Assembly (NCBI GenBank): GCA_963736285.1
Contig: CAVTOA010000003.1
Span: 80,220 to 144,219, forward strand
Source: an uncultured Acidimicrobiales bacterium
Lineage (GTDB): Bacteria > Actinomycetota > Actinomycetes > Mycobacteriales > QHCE01
Length of the DNA: 64,000 bases
Direction: 5' to 3'
The translations under genes were made by a program, and so were the position numbers. Positions 10,041 to 20,489 of the stretch are shown here, in pieces; within the stretch, counting starts at the first letter, position 1; every line of letters begins with the position of its first letter. The notes beneath the pieces are model-generated. The model saw only the letters and a program-made list of their open reading frames with translations, had not been told where the DNA came from and did no database searches.

Positions 10041-10852
10041 TCGGTCTCATCAAGAGCGAGAATCTCAAGGTATTCACCACCAAGGTGTGGTGGGCGATGC
10101 TGATCGGCCTCGTGGGATGCGTGGCGTTGGCACTGGTTGTCAACGGTGCGATCGCAGCGTCCACTTTGGACGAAAAAAGCCCCGACCAGTCGGTGCAACA
10201 GCTCGCCGCAAACATCTACACTTCCGGACAATTCTTTGGTCTCCTGTTTGCCGCGATTCTGGGCACATTGCTGGTGACCAACGAGTTTCGCCATCAGACC
10301 GCTACCTCGACATTTCTCGCCACCCCCAAGCGGGTCAACGTCATCATTGCCAAGCTCATCACCGCCCTGAGCTGGGGGATTATTTACGCCCTCATCGCCA
10401 CTCTGTTGTCGCTGCCCGTGGGGATCATCTTCTTCAACAACGAGAACCTCGACAGTCAGCTCGCAGAGGGAGATGTGGCCAAAGCGATCTTCTTCAACTT
10501 GTTGGCTTTTGGTATCTGGGCAGTGTTCGGCATCGGCATCGGCACCTTGTTCCGCAACCAAACTGGCGCCGTGGTCACCCTGATCATCGTGTACTTCGTG
10601 ACCTATATCGGAAGCGTGGTTCTGATCGGTTTGGGCAGCTATCTCGATAATCCAGCCGTGACCAGCATTTACTTCTATCTGCCTTATGGCGCAACGCAGG
10701 TCATGACCTCGGTCGACAAAGTCTCGCTGGGCGTTGGCACCGGCCAGACAGAGGGACCAGCCTGGTGGGTAGGCGCGTTTATCGTCCTGTTGTATGGAGT
10801 GGTGGCCGCGGTAGTGGGCACCGCACTCACCAATAAGCGCGATATCAGCTGA
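10037..10852 (+). CDS. ABC-2 type transporter permease
   Basis: About six TM segments, 'EFRHQT...FLATPKR', ATGA overlap with the ATPase gene. Confidence 0.88.
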   Translation: MIGLIKSENLKVFTTKVWWAMLIGLVGCVALALVVNGAIAASTLDEKSPDQSVQQLAANIYTSGQFFGLLFAAILGTLLVTNEFRHQTATSTFLATPKRVNVIIAKLITALSWGIIYALIATLLSLPVGIIFFNNENLDSQLAEGDVAKAIFFNLLAFGIWAVFGIGIGTLFRNQTGAVVTLIIVYFVTYIGSVVLIGLGSYLDNPAVTSIYFYLPYGATQVMTSVDKVSLGVGTGQTEGPAWWVGAFIVLLYGVVAAVVGTALTNKRDIS

Positions 10853-10859
10853 ACCATTA

Positions 10860-10896
10860 GGGGGCTCTCGTCGGCGGATGACCTGCGAGAGCCCCC
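10860..10896 (+). terminator. GC-rich hairpin after the ABC operon
   Basis: GGGGGCTCTCG ... CGAGAGCCCCC, 11-bp stem, no U-tract. Confidence 0.55.
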
Positions 10897-10905
10897 GTGG
10901 GCACC

Positions 10906-10960
10906 GATTTGGCGATTTCGTTTGGCGATTTGGCGATTTCGTTTGGCGATTTGGCGATTT
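10906..10960. repeat. 21-bp tandem repeat, 2 full copies plus a partial copy
   Basis: (GATTTGGCGATTTCGTTTGGC)x2 + GATTTGGCGATTT, ending 18 bp before ATG 10979. Confidence 0.85.
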
Positions 10961-10978
10961 AATTTATAAGTTTGCCTA

Positions 10979-12469
10979 ATGAATGCGACCAGCCTTTCCA
11001 AGCTCGTCTCAGATCTGCGCCGCGAGGGGAACGACTTCCCTAATGTCGAGGTCAAAAGGGCTCACCGTGAGCTCCCCCACAATGTCGCGACCACGCTCTC
11101 CGCATTCGCCAATACACCTGGCGGCGGCACGCTGATATTTGGACTCGACGAAAGTCAACATTTTGTTCCCGTCGGAGTCGCTGACCCGGCGAAGCTCAAG
11201 AGTGCGCTGGCCTCTTGCGCCCGACAAGCAGTAGAGCCACCAGTAACTTTCGACACAAAAACCCTCCAGCTCGAAAACGTACCCATTGTTGTCGCGACAA
11301 TCCACGAGCTCCCGAGCACCGCAAAGCCGTGTCGGGTGCGCTCCACTCGTCGCGCATATCTCCGCGCGTACGACGGTGATTTTTCACTTTCTAGCGCTGA
11401 AGAACAGGCATTTTTAGCCAACCGCGAAGTTCCTCGATTTGATCAAACGCCAGTCACAGAGGCACAGCTTGACGATCTCGACCCCGCCCTTGTTAACGAC
11501 TACATTGGACAGTGCCGTATTGGCTCCACTAGTTTGGCGCGTTTTACTGATGCGGAGATCCTGCATAGAACGGGCGTAACTATTGGAAGCGAGCCAATTC
11601 CTAGTACAGCCGGTCTATTGTCGCTGGGAAGATACCCTCAACAGTTCTTCCCTAATCTCGTCATCCAAGCGAGCATGACGCCTGGTCAAAACGACCAATC
11701 GGGAATCAGAGCTACCGACACCCACAAATTCGACGGCCCCATTCCGTCGATGTTGGACGACGCCTTGCGCTGGGTCATGCGTAATAGCCGAACCCGACTC
11801 CGGGCGGGGAGCGATGGGCATCTCTACGACGAGCCCGAGTATCCAGCTGAGGCTGTACGCGAACTTCTCTCCAACGCACTGGTGCATAGAGATCTCGGGC
11901 AGTACGCGCTTACACAACCGATCACCCTCAAAATCACTCCGCAGCATGTGACTCTGTCGAACCCCGGCGGATTGTGGGGACTCACCGTCGAACGACTTGG
12001 GAAAGTAGGCGTGACGTCCGCGCGCAATGGATGGCTATTGCGTATCTGCCAGAATGTTCGCTTTGGGTCGGAGCAGCGGGTCGTCGAGGCTCTAGCCACT
12101 GGGATCCCCACCGTGATGGCTACCACCGCAGCGGCAGGTAACGCACCACCTCGTTTCTATGACCAAGGAATCCGCTTCACCGTTCACCTGCCCAGCGCGG
12201 CCGTTGCGACCGATCAACCTCCTTCTGCCGTACCGCCCGCTCGCGATAAGTCCAGCAATCGGGAGCGGAACGCCAAACTCATCCTCACCGCGCTCCAAGA
12301 ACGTCCCGCAACTCTGGCTGAAATAGCACAACAGACGAGCTTGACAGAAAGACAAACGCGCTATGCGTTGGAATTACTCGGAGAGCAACGACGGGTCAGG
12401 CTTCGCGGCGGAAAAGGTAAGAAGTCTCTCTACGAAGTCAGCACCAATCAACAGGGGCTTCTGAGCTGA
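10979..12469 (+). CDS. Schlafen/AlbA_2 domain + HATPase_c_4 (RecG-C-like) + C-terminal winged HTH protein
   Basis: VEVKRA...LSAFANTPGGGTLIFGLDE; EYPAEAVRELLSNALVHRD...SNPGGL; C-terminal HTH-like 'TLAEIAQQTSLTERQTRYAL'. Confidence 0.85.
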   Translation: MNATSLSKLVSDLRREGNDFPNVEVKRAHRELPHNVATTLSAFANTPGGGTLIFGLDESQHFVPVGVADPAKLKSALASCARQAVEPPVTFDTKTLQLENVPIVVATIHELPSTAKPCRVRSTRRAYLRAYDGDFSLSSAEEQAFLANREVPRFDQTPVTEAQLDDLDPALVNDYIGQCRIGSTSLARFTDAEILHRTGVTIGSEPIPSTAGLLSLGRYPQQFFPNLVIQASMTPGQNDQSGIRATDTHKFDGPIPSMLDDALRWVMRNSRTRLRAGSDGHLYDEPEYPAEAVRELLSNALVHRDLGQYALTQPITLKITPQHVTLSNPGGLWGLTVERLGKVGVTSARNGWLLRICQNVRFGSEQRVVEALATGIPTVMATTAAAGNAPPRFYDQGIRFTVHLPSAAVATDQPPSAVPPARDKSSNRERNAKLILTALQERPATLAEIAQQTSLTERQTRYALELLGEQRRVRLRGGKGKKSLYEVSTNQQGLLS

Positions 12470-12614
12470 CCGGCGAGATCTTGGCAACCTTACGGGGATC
12501 CGGTGGCCGGGTATCGGGGGAAGCTACGGCCAAGTAATCTGGAGGAGCAAGGTAAGCCATTTTAACTGTGGCCAAATTCATCCCTAAGCTCACCAGAAGA
12601 GGCGCGATCCGACC

Positions 12615-15600
12615 GTGTCGACGCAACAAAGCTCGTCCACGAGCACAGAGGGCTCTGCCGAGAGCCAAACCGCAACAGCAGCCAACTTTGGGCCCAACGA
12701 ATGGCTCGTCGATGATATGTACCAAAAATATCTCGAAGACCCTGACAGCGTTGATTCCGCTTGGCACGAATTTTTCGCCGATTACAAGCCCGCTCCTTCC
12801 GATACTGAAGCGACGTCCAACGGCGCTGCCACGCAGGGCACCGCAGCGGCTAGCCCCACCATTACTGCCTCCACCGCTACCGCAAGTAATGGCGGTAACG
12901 GCGCTCACATAGCCGCCACCACATCCGCACCGGCGAAGACGTCACCAGCTCAGACCGCCCCCAAGCCAGCGACGACGGCCACTCCTCCAGCGGGCGAGAC
13001 CCACACCACTAAATTGCGTGGTTCTGCGGCCCGCATCGTGGCCAACATGGACGCTTCACTGGCTGTTCCGACCGCAACGAGTGTGCGTGCGGTTCCCGCC
13101 AAGTTGTTGGCCGACAACCGAATCGTCATCAACAACCATCTCAAGCGGACGCGCAGCGGCAAGGTCAGCTTTACCCATCTCATCGGTTACGCGTTGGCTA
13201 AAGCGGTAGCCGAGTTCCCGGAGATGAACCACTCTTTTACCGTTGTCGATGGCAAACCCGCGTTGGCGACACCAGAGCACGTCAACATCGGGTTGGCGAT
13301 CGACCTTAAGGCAGCCAACGGTTCGCGTTCGCTGGTCGTTGCCAGCATCAAGGCCGCCGAGACGATGAACTTCTCTCAGTTCTTGGCCGCCTACGAAGAC
13401 ATCGTGCGCAAAGCACGTCACAATAAACTTACGGCAGACGACTTCGCCGGCACGACCATCAGCCTCACCAACCCGGGCACGATCGGCACCGTCCACTCTG
13501 TACCCCGGCTCATGCGGGGTCAGGGCACAATCGTCGGCGTCGGTGCGATGGAGTATCCAGCGGAGTACTCCGGTATGTCAGAAGACGCGCTCGCAGAGCT
13601 CGGCATCAGCAAAACCATCACGCTGACCTCTACTTACGACCATCGCATCATCCAGGGCGCGCAGTCCGGAGAGTTCCTTAAGCGCATGCATCAGCTGCTC
13701 TTGGGTGAGGATGGTTTCTACGACGAGATCTTCACATCGCTGCGGTTGCCGTACGAGCCCATTCGTTGGACTCGGGATGTCGCGGTGCACGGCGATGGAG
13801 CTATCGACAAAAACGCCCGTGTGCAAGAGCTGATCAACGCCTACCGGGTCGGCGGCCACCTGATGGCCGACACTGATCCGCTGGAATACCAACAGCGTCG
13901 CCACCCCGATCTCGACATCCTCCAACATGGACTCACTCTGTGGGATCTCGATCGGTACTTCCCAGTCGGCGGATTCGGTGGCAAGCACCGGATGAAGCTG
14001 CGGGACATCCTCGGGGTACTGCGCGATTCTTACTGCCGTCGAGTGGGTGTGGAGTACATGCACATCACCGACCCTGAAGAACGCGCATGGATTCAGCAAC
14101 GCGTCGAGGTCAAACACGAAAATCCCAGCGCGGACGAGCAGAAGCAAATCTTGGCCAAGCTCAATGCTGCCGAGGCGTTCGAGACATTCCTGCACACTAA
14201 GTATGTCGGGCAGAAGCGGTTCTCGCTGGAAGGCGGCGAGGCGGTCATTCCACTGCTCGACGAGGTAATCGAAGCGGCGGCCGAAGATTCACTGGACGAG
14301 ACCGTCATCGGCATGGCCCACCGTGGTCGTCTTAATGTGCTCGCCAACGTGGTGGGCAAGCCGTACGAAAAAATCTTTGGCGAGTTCGAGGGCAACATCA
14401 GCCCAGCCACGACACACGGTTCTGGCGACGTCAAATACCACTTGGGTGCGGAGTCGAGGGTCACGACGCCAGATGGCAAGCAGATCACGGTGTCGCTGAC
14501 CTCAAACCCCAGCCACCTCGAGGCGGTTGACCCGGTCGTGGAGGGCATCGCCCGGGCTAAGCAGGACCTCATCGACAAGGGCGAGCGCGGATTCACCGTG
14601 CTGCCCATCTTGATCCACGGCGACGCATCCATGGCTGGCCAAGGTGTGGTTGCCGAGACTCTCAACTTGTCGCAGCTGCGCGGCTACCGCACGGGCGGCA
14701 CCGTGCATGTGGTCATCAACAACCAGGTGGGCTTTACCACCGCGCCCGAGTATTCGCGCTCCACTGTCTACTGCACCGACATCGCGCGCACCGTGCAGGC
14801 GCCTATCTTCCATGTCAACGGCGACGACCCGGAGGCATGTGTGCAGGTGGCGCGGCTGGCGTTTGAATACCGGCAAGCGTTCAACAAGGATGTCGTCATC
14901 GACATGGTCTGCTACCGCCGGCGCGGTCATAACGAGGGCGATGACCCTTCGATGACCAACCCGCAGATGTACGCGATCATCGACACCAAGCGCAGCGTCC
15001 GCAAGCTCTACACCGAGGCGCTGGTCGCCCGCGGCGACCTCACGCTAGAGGAAGCCGAGGCCGCCCTGCGCGACTTCCAAGAGCGGCTCGAGCATGTCTT
15101 CCGGGTTACTAAAGACGCTCGTTCTGAGCCGCATGTGCCGGCCCGCATCCAGGCTCCTTCAGCGGACAAGGTCGACACCGCTATCAGCCTGGACATGGTC
15201 CATCGCATCGGTGACGCACATGTTTCTTGGCCGGAAGGCTTCACTCCCCATCCGCGAATCAAGCCGCAGATGGAAAAGCGCCAGAAGATGTCCCGCGAGG
15301 GCAACATCGACTGGGGTTTCGGAGAAATCCTGGCGTTTGGCTCTCTGGTCGCCGAGGGCAAAGCAGTGCGCTTGGCGGGGCAAGACAGCCGACGCGGCAC
15401 GTTTGTACAGCGTCACTCGGTCATCTTCGACCACGCCAGCGGCGAGGAGTACACGCCACTGAACAACGTGAATACCGCCGACTCCTCGCCGGCTCGATTC
15501 TGGGTTTACGACTCACTGCTGAGTGAGTTTGCCGCGATGGGCTTCGAGTATGGCTACTCGTTGGCTAACCCCGAAGCCCTCGTGGTGTGGGAGGCGCAAT

Positions 15601-16358
15601 TCGGCGACTTCGCCAATGGCGCTCAATCGGTGGTCGATGAGTTCATCTCTTCCGGTGAGGCAAAGTGGGGGCAGAAGTCTGGCGTAGTGCTGCTGCTGCC
15701 GCACGGTTACGAAGGGCAGGGTCCCGACCACTCGTCTGGCCGCATCGAACGGCACCTGCAGCTGTGTGCCGAAGACAACATGACGGTGGCTAACTGCACC
15801 ACACCGGCGAACTACTTCCACTTGTTGCGCCAGCAGGCGTTGTCTCCGGAGCATCGTCCGCTCGTGGTGTTCACGCCCAAGTCGCTGTTGCGGCACAAGC
15901 TGGCGGTCTCGCCGGTGGAAGACTTCACTTCCGGCGGTTTCCAGCCGGTGCTGAGCGATCCTGGTATTGGCGGTCAGCCGCTCGATCCAGCGAACGTCCG
16001 GCGGGTGCTCTTCTGTTCGGGCAAGGTCTACTACGACCTGCTGACCGCGCGGGAACAACGGGGCATCACCGATGCCGCGATCGTGCGCATCGAGCAGCTC
16101 TTCCCGCTGCCCATCGCCGAGGTCAATGCCACGTTGGCGCGGTATCCCAACGCTGTCGATCACGTATGGGTACAGGAGGAGCCGGCCAACCAGGGTGCCT
16201 GGAGCTTCATCGCGCTGAATCTGTTGGAGCACCTCGAGGGCGTTCGCCTGCGTCGGATTTCGCGTCGCGCGGCGGCCAGTCCAGCGGTTGGATCACACAA
16301 GGTGCACGAGCTTGAGCAGGCCAGCTTGGTAGAGGCGGCCCTACCGCAGTCGCAGTAG
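12615..16358 (+). CDS. kgd: Multifunctional 2-oxoglutarate decarboxylase/dehydrogenase (E2-E1 fusion)
   Basis: [60 protein letters not shown]. Confidence 0.97.
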   Translation: MSTQQSSSTSTEGSAESQTATAANFGPNEWLVDDMYQKYLEDPDSVDSAWHEFFADYKPAPSDTEATSNGAATQGTAAASPTITASTATASNGGNGAHIAATTSAPAKTSPAQTAPKPATTATPPAGETHTTKLRGSAARIVANMDASLAVPTATSVRAVPAKLLADNRIVINNHLKRTRSGKVSFTHLIGYALAKAVAEFPEMNHSFTVVDGKPALATPEHVNIGLAIDLKAANGSRSLVVASIKAAETMNFSQFLAAYEDIVRKARHNKLTADDFAGTTISLTNPGTIGTVHSVPRLMRGQGTIVGVGAMEYPAEYSGMSEDALAELGISKTITLTSTYDHRIIQGAQSGEFLKRMHQLLLGEDGFYDEIFTSLRLPYEPIRWTRDVAVHGDGAIDKNARVQELINAYRVGGHLMADTDPLEYQQRRHPDLDILQHGLTLWDLDRYFPVGGFGGKHRMKLRDILGVLRDSYCRRVGVEYMHITDPEERAWIQQRVEVKHENPSADEQKQILAKLNAAEAFETFLHTKYVGQKRFSLEGGEAVIPLLDEVIEAAAEDSLDETVIGMAHRGRLNVLANVVGKPYEKIFGEFEGNISPATTHGSGDVKYHLGAESRVTTPDGKQITVSLTSNPSHLEAVDPVVEGIARAKQDLIDKGERGFTVLPILIHGDASMAGQGVVAETLNLSQLRGYRTGGTVHVVINNQVGFTTAPEYSRSTVYCTDIARTVQAPIFHVNGDDPEACVQVARLAFEYRQAFNKDVVIDMVCYRRRGHNEGDDPSMTNPQMYAIIDTKRSVRKLYTEALVARGDLTLEEAEAALRDFQERLEHVFRVTKDARSEPHVPARIQAPSADKVDTAISLDMVHRIGDAHVSWPEGFTPHPRIKPQMEKRQKMSREGNIDWGFGEILAFGSLVAEGKAVRLAGQDSRRGTFVQRHSVIFDHASGEEYTPLNNVNTADSSPARFWVYDSLLSEFAAMGFEYGYSLANPEALVVWEAQFGDFANGAQSVVDEFISSGEAKWGQKSGVVLLLPHGYEGQGPDHSSGRIERHLQLCAEDNMTVANCTTPANYFHLLRQQALSPEHRPLVVFTPKSLLRHKLAVSPVEDFTSGGFQPVLSDPGIGGQPLDPANVRRVLFCSGKVYYDLLTAREQRGITDAAIVRIEQLFPLPIAEVNATLARYPNAVDHVWVQEEPANQGAWSFIALNLLEHLEGVRLRRISRRAAASPAVGSHKVHELEQASLVEAALPQSQ

Positions 16359-16383
16359 TTGGTGTAGACTACCGGAACGAAAT

Positions 16384-16422
16384 CGGCCGGTCCACGTGTG
16401 CATTGGCAACGTGGACCGGCCG
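16384..16422 (+). terminator. Hairpin terminator after kgd
   Basis: CGGCCGGTCCACGT ... ACGTGGACCGGCCG, 14-bp stem between convergent genes. Confidence 0.7.
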
Positions 16423-16444
16423 CTTCTGTTGCTTAAGCCATGGA

Positions 16445-17303
16445 CTAGTGCTGCGGGGCCTCACGTGCGGGTTCCCGGTACAGCTCGTCCAATCCGACGA
16501 GCAATGACCCGTCGCGCTGGGCCGTGGCCCGTAGATCGTCGGTGAAGCCGGCACCGCTGTAGCAGGCGAGCATCGTTTGGCTTACATCCCAACCCGCCGA
16601 CGAGAGCAGCTCCCGTGCCCGCGTAAGCCGTTGCACATGGCTTACGCCCATCACGCGGCCCCACTTGACGTCACCCAGTGACAGAATTTTTTGCTTTCCG
16701 GCATCAGACTCGCTGAGCACCACCACATCAATGTCAAGACTGGTGCGGTGAGCGGCATCGTTGACCACACCGTGGCCGACGTCGCTAGGTATTCCGCCGA
16801 GAACCTCGTGGCTGGCAAAGTCGCGGACAAACGTCCGACACAGTTCTTCATAGTGTGGTCCGATCACGTTTCCGACAAACCGTTCCTGACTCTGCTTCCA
16901 TACTTCATCGCTGCGGCGGCGCTCCAAGTCTGTCCAGCGTGGACGCATAATTGCTTGGTAGAAACCGATAAACGATTGCAGTTGGTTTGGCGACAGGTAG
17001 ATCGAGAAGGGCATCTACCGCCTCCATCCAGCTTCCAAAGTGGAGTGGCGATGACATATCCATATGAGACGCGATTGCGGCACCCAACCGCTGCAGAGAT
17101 TCCGCACACGTCGCCTCCTGCGCGCCAAAATAAAGACCACCCGTCGCGCCACATAGGCCGTCCAGAAGAAATGTCTTGCCTTGTCGACGCCGACCAGAGA
17201 CAACGCCAAGCGTAGGGCACTGGGTGGGATCGGTGAAAAATGCCAACAAGTCGGCCCATTCATCGTCCCGGTCGAACATGTCGCTGGGTTTTTCGAATTC
17301 CAC
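16445..17303 (-). pseudogene. Archaeal-type ATPase / DUF234 nuclease-like gene with an internal deletion and frameshift
   Basis: 5' part has MFDRDDEW and Walker A GRRRQGKT but changes frame just where Walker B is expected (about 16970). The 3' part resumes at FYQAIMRPRW and has DIDVV...LGDVKW. Confidence 0.75.
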
Positions 17304-17354
17304 GTCTGGAATACAGAACTCAAGTTCTCAGAAGTCGAGTTCTATATTCCAGAC
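17304..17354. promoter_or_regulatory. 18-bp inverted repeat abutting the ATPase start codon (operator-like, or terminator of the upstream gene)
   Basis: GTCTGGAATACAGAACTC-N15-GAGTTCTATATTCCAGAC, one mismatch. Confidence 0.55.
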
Positions 17355-17368
17355 ACCATGGACGGCGG

Positions 17369-18337
17369 CTAAAGCTCCAGCACCACTTTGCCGAAGGCGG
17401 CGCCGCCGGCCAGCCGAGCAAAGGCGCGCGGTGCTTCGGTCAATGGATACACCGAATCGATCACCGGGCGAATATCGTGCTGCACAAGTAATTGTGCGAG
17501 CGCCTTTAGCTCGTCGCGCGTGCCCATGGTCGACCCAATCAGCTCTAACTGCGAGAAGAAGACCCGGCGTAAGTTGACGGTTGGTAGATACCCACTTGTG
17601 GCACCAGCGATCACCACGCGTCCGCCGGGTTTGGCGCATTTTAGGGAATGGTCCAATGTGGCCGCTCCCACGGTCTCGACCACCACATCTACCCGTTCCG
17701 GCAGCCGTCCACCTGGCTTGATCGCGACCGCACCAAGCTCCGCCGCCCGGATTCGCTTACTCACATTGGCGCTCGTGGCATACACCCTCGCTCCAAGGGC
17801 ACGGGCGAGCATAATGGCAGCGGTCGCTACTCCGCCACCGATGCCTTGCACCAGCACGCTACCGTCCTGTGGCAGTCGTCCGCGAGTAGTCAGCATGCGA
17901 TATGCGGTGAGCCACGCGGTGGGCAGGCAAGAAGAATCCATAAAGGACAGTACCGGCGGCTTAGGAATGACGTTACGGCGAGGAACCGCCACATACTCGG
18001 CGAGCGTGCCTGGCACCCCGCCTTCAGTCAGCAGGGTTCGGTGCGCGTCTCGCGTCTCATCACCGCCGCCAGCCGACGGGTCCGCAATGACCGCATGCAC
18101 AATGACCTCGTCGCCATTTGCGTCTATGCCCGCAGCGTCACACCCCAGGATCATCGGGCACTTCTCTCCGCTGAGTCCCACCCCCCGGAGTGACCAGAGA
18201 TCGTGCTGATTGACGGCGGCCGCCAGCACCTTAACGACCGTCCATCCATCCGGAGGATCTGGTGGTGGCTGGTCTCCCACCCGAAGCATGGACAACGGGT
18301 TGTCGCCGTCGACACCTGCCGCGAATACGGCTCGCAT
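17369..18337 (-). CDS. MDR-family (zinc-binding) dehydrogenase / quinone oxidoreductase
   Basis: NQHDLWSLRG, ILGCDAAG, CLPTAWLTAYRML, QGIGGGVA, GSTMG. Confidence 0.9.
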   Translation of the reverse strand: MRAVFAAGVDGDNPLSMLRVGDQPPPDPPDGWTVVKVLAAAVNQHDLWSLRGVGLSGEKCPMILGCDAAGIDANGDEVIVHAVIADPSAGGGDETRDAHRTLLTEGGVPGTLAEYVAVPRRNVIPKPPVLSFMDSSCLPTAWLTAYRMLTTRGRLPQDGSVLVQGIGGGVATAAIMLARALGARVYATSANVSKRIRAAELGAVAIKPGGRLPERVDVVVETVGAATLDHSLKCAKPGGRVVIAGATSGYLPTVNLRRVFFSQLELIGSTMGTRDELKALAQLLVQHDIRPVIDSVYPLTEAPRAFARLAGGAAFGKVVLEL

Positions 18338-18551
18338 TAGCCGCGACCAGCTAATGCCAGGAAACGACGCGCCACTACGGCCAGGCCGTCCGTGACCGCA
18401 ACTCGAATCTTTCCTGACACCAAGGACATGTATGCCATGTTGCCCCCTCGTTCATCACGTGTACCGGCACTGATCCCGCCGCACGTCGTTGGTTTGCGAG
18501 TGCTGATTACCCCCTAGCGACCACTTTCGACACCGCACAGCGCAGCGACAA

Positions 18552-19760
18552 TCAATGCGCCGCTCGAGCGACGGCGGCGGCAACCGCGGGAGCCACTCGG
18601 GTATCCAGCGCACTGGGCAAAATGTGGTCGGGTGCGAGGTCGTGCGCCACCATTCCTGCCAGTGCCTCGGCGGCGGCAAGTTTCATCGGCTCGGTGATCG
18701 CCCGGGCTCGCACGTCGAACGCACCCTTGAACACACCGGGGAAGGCCAGCACGTTGTTGATCTGGTTTGGATAGTCACTTCTTCCGGTTGCCGCCACTGC
18801 TGCGTACCGGGCGGCAACCGCCGGGTCGACCTCTGGGTTGGGGTTAGCCATCGCAAAGATGAAGCAGTCGGGCGCCATCCTTGCCACCGCATCTTCGTCC
18901 ACCGTCCCACCAGAGACACCAATGAACGCGTGAGCACCGATCAGCGCATCGGCCAGCGAGCCGGTAACTCCGCTACGGTTTGTCCGAGTAGCGAGCTCCG
19001 CCTTGACCGCGTTGAGATCCCCTCGAGACGGGTGCAGCACGCCGCGCGAGTCAGCGACGATGACATCGCCCACTCCTGCGGCGAGCAGAATGTTGGTGAT
19101 CGCCACCCCGGCCGCTCCTGCTCCAGAAACAACCACTCGCAACTCACTGAGCTGCTGGTCCGTCACCACGCAGGCATTGCGAAGCGCCGCCAACGTGACG
19201 ATCGCCGTGCCGTGCTGATCGTCATGGAAAACAGGAATGCTGAGCTCGTGCGCCAACCGAGCTTCGATCTCAAAGCAGCGCGGGGCGCTGATGTCTTCCA
19301 GGTTGATGCCCCCAAACGATGGGGCCAACCGCACGACCGTCTCGACAATCTCGTCCGGGTCCGTTGTGTCCAAGCAGATCGGCACGGCGTTGATGTCCGC
19401 GAAGTGCTTGAACAAAATTGCCTTGCCCTCCATGACAGGCATAGCAGCGCGAGGCCCAATGTTGCCCAGGCCAAGCACCGCGCTCCCATCAGTGACTACA
19501 GCGACAGTTCGCCCCGTCCAGGTATAGATGTTTGTCAGCTCTGGGTCAGCGGCGATAGCGCTACAGACCCTGGCCACTCCGGGCGTATACGCACGGGAAA
19601 GATCGCCACGGTCGTCAAGCGGGACAGTTGCGGTGATCGCCATCTTGCCGCCGTTGTGGGCCGCGAAGACCGCGTCGTCAGAGAGGTCGAAGGTATCGCT
19701 GGCCGTCATTGCACCAGTTGAAAAACGAGCTGTCTGGTCGACGAAGGCTGAATTCACCAC
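18552..19760 (-). CDS. NAD(P)-dependent malic enzyme
   Basis: AYTPGVA, DGSAVLGLG, VMEGKA, INLEDI, HDDQHGT, GAGAAG, TGRSDYPNQINN. GTG at 19760 follows a GAAGGAG RBS. Confidence 0.93.
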   Translation of the reverse strand: MVNSAFVDQTARFSTGAMTASDTFDLSDDAVFAAHNGGKMAITATVPLDDRGDLSRAYTPGVARVCSAIAADPELTNIYTWTGRTVAVVTDGSAVLGLGNIGPRAAMPVMEGKAILFKHFADINAVPICLDTTDPDEIVETVVRLAPSFGGINLEDISAPRCFEIEARLAHELSIPVFHDDQHGTAIVTLAALRNACVVTDQQLSELRVVVSGAGAAGVAITNILLAAGVGDVIVADSRGVLHPSRGDLNAVKAELATRTNRSGVTGSLADALIGAHAFIGVSGGTVDEDAVARMAPDCFIFAMANPNPEVDPAVAARYAAVAATGRSDYPNQINNVLAFPGVFKGAFDVRARAITEPMKLAAAEALAGMVAHDLAPDHILPSALDTRVAPAVAAAVARAAH

Positions 19761-19957
19761 AAACTCCTTCACGGAAGGCAATCCCGAGATTAGATAACAA
19801 AAAGTAAAAGGATAGCCGCGCGCGATGACGGCGGCAGTCGGGCCAGAGGGATCGCCTCTATATAAAACCGGCATCGGTAGCTTAGTGGCAGGCGTGGCAA
19901 ATCAAACCCCCGAATGATCCGGGCGCGTATTCCCCATCCGCCGACAGACATCGTAAA

Positions 19958-20489
19958 GTGCGAGATATGGATCTTTCGGCTAGCCAGCCGACCCACCTAA
20001 CGGCCGACCCTAGTGTCGGCGTGTCTCACCCAGATGATGCCGGGAGTTTTGGAGCCACCCATATGACCTACGCCGTTGCTCCGCACCAGCCTCCCGCTGC
20101 TTCAGACTCCGCTGACACTATCCGTCTGACACTGCCAGCGCACAGCGCATATCTGTCTATCCTCCGCACCGCCACCGCCGGGTTGGCTGCTCGGCTCGGG
20201 TTCACCCTCGACGAGATCGAAGACATGCGGATAGCGGTCGACGAAGCGTGTGCCATGCTGCTGGGCACAAGCCTGAACCAAGAACCCGTCACCACCGAAC
20301 TGGACTGCACATTCTGGCTATATGAGCACCGGGTGGAGGTCCTGCTGACGACTCGACAAAATTGATCTGCCCGCCCGGGACACATTCGCGTGGCAGGTGT
20401 TGACGGCGCTCACGGACGAGGTACACGCCGACACCGTCGAAGGGCGCACCCAGATCCGCCTCAGCAAGCAGCGGAGCGATCTCGCATGA
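19958..20489 (+). pseudogene. Anti-sigma factor (RsbW-like) with an apparent +1 frameshift
   Basis: LRTATAGLAARLGFTLDEIEDMRIAVDEAC. After the A4 run at 20358-20361 the expected tail DLPARDTFAWQVLTALTD...DLA* continues in another frame to TGA 20489. May be a sequencing error; start uncertain. Confidence 0.75.

Noticed and set aside
10906-10960. Possible CRISPR array
   Set aside because: The repeats are contiguous with no spacers, and no cas gene is present.
18555-19721. 388-aa ORF antisense to malic enzyme, and similar long shadow ORFs (5078-5899, 15513-16232, 17388-18209, 53521-54453)
   Set aside because: Typical GC-rich shadow frames opposite well-conserved genes.
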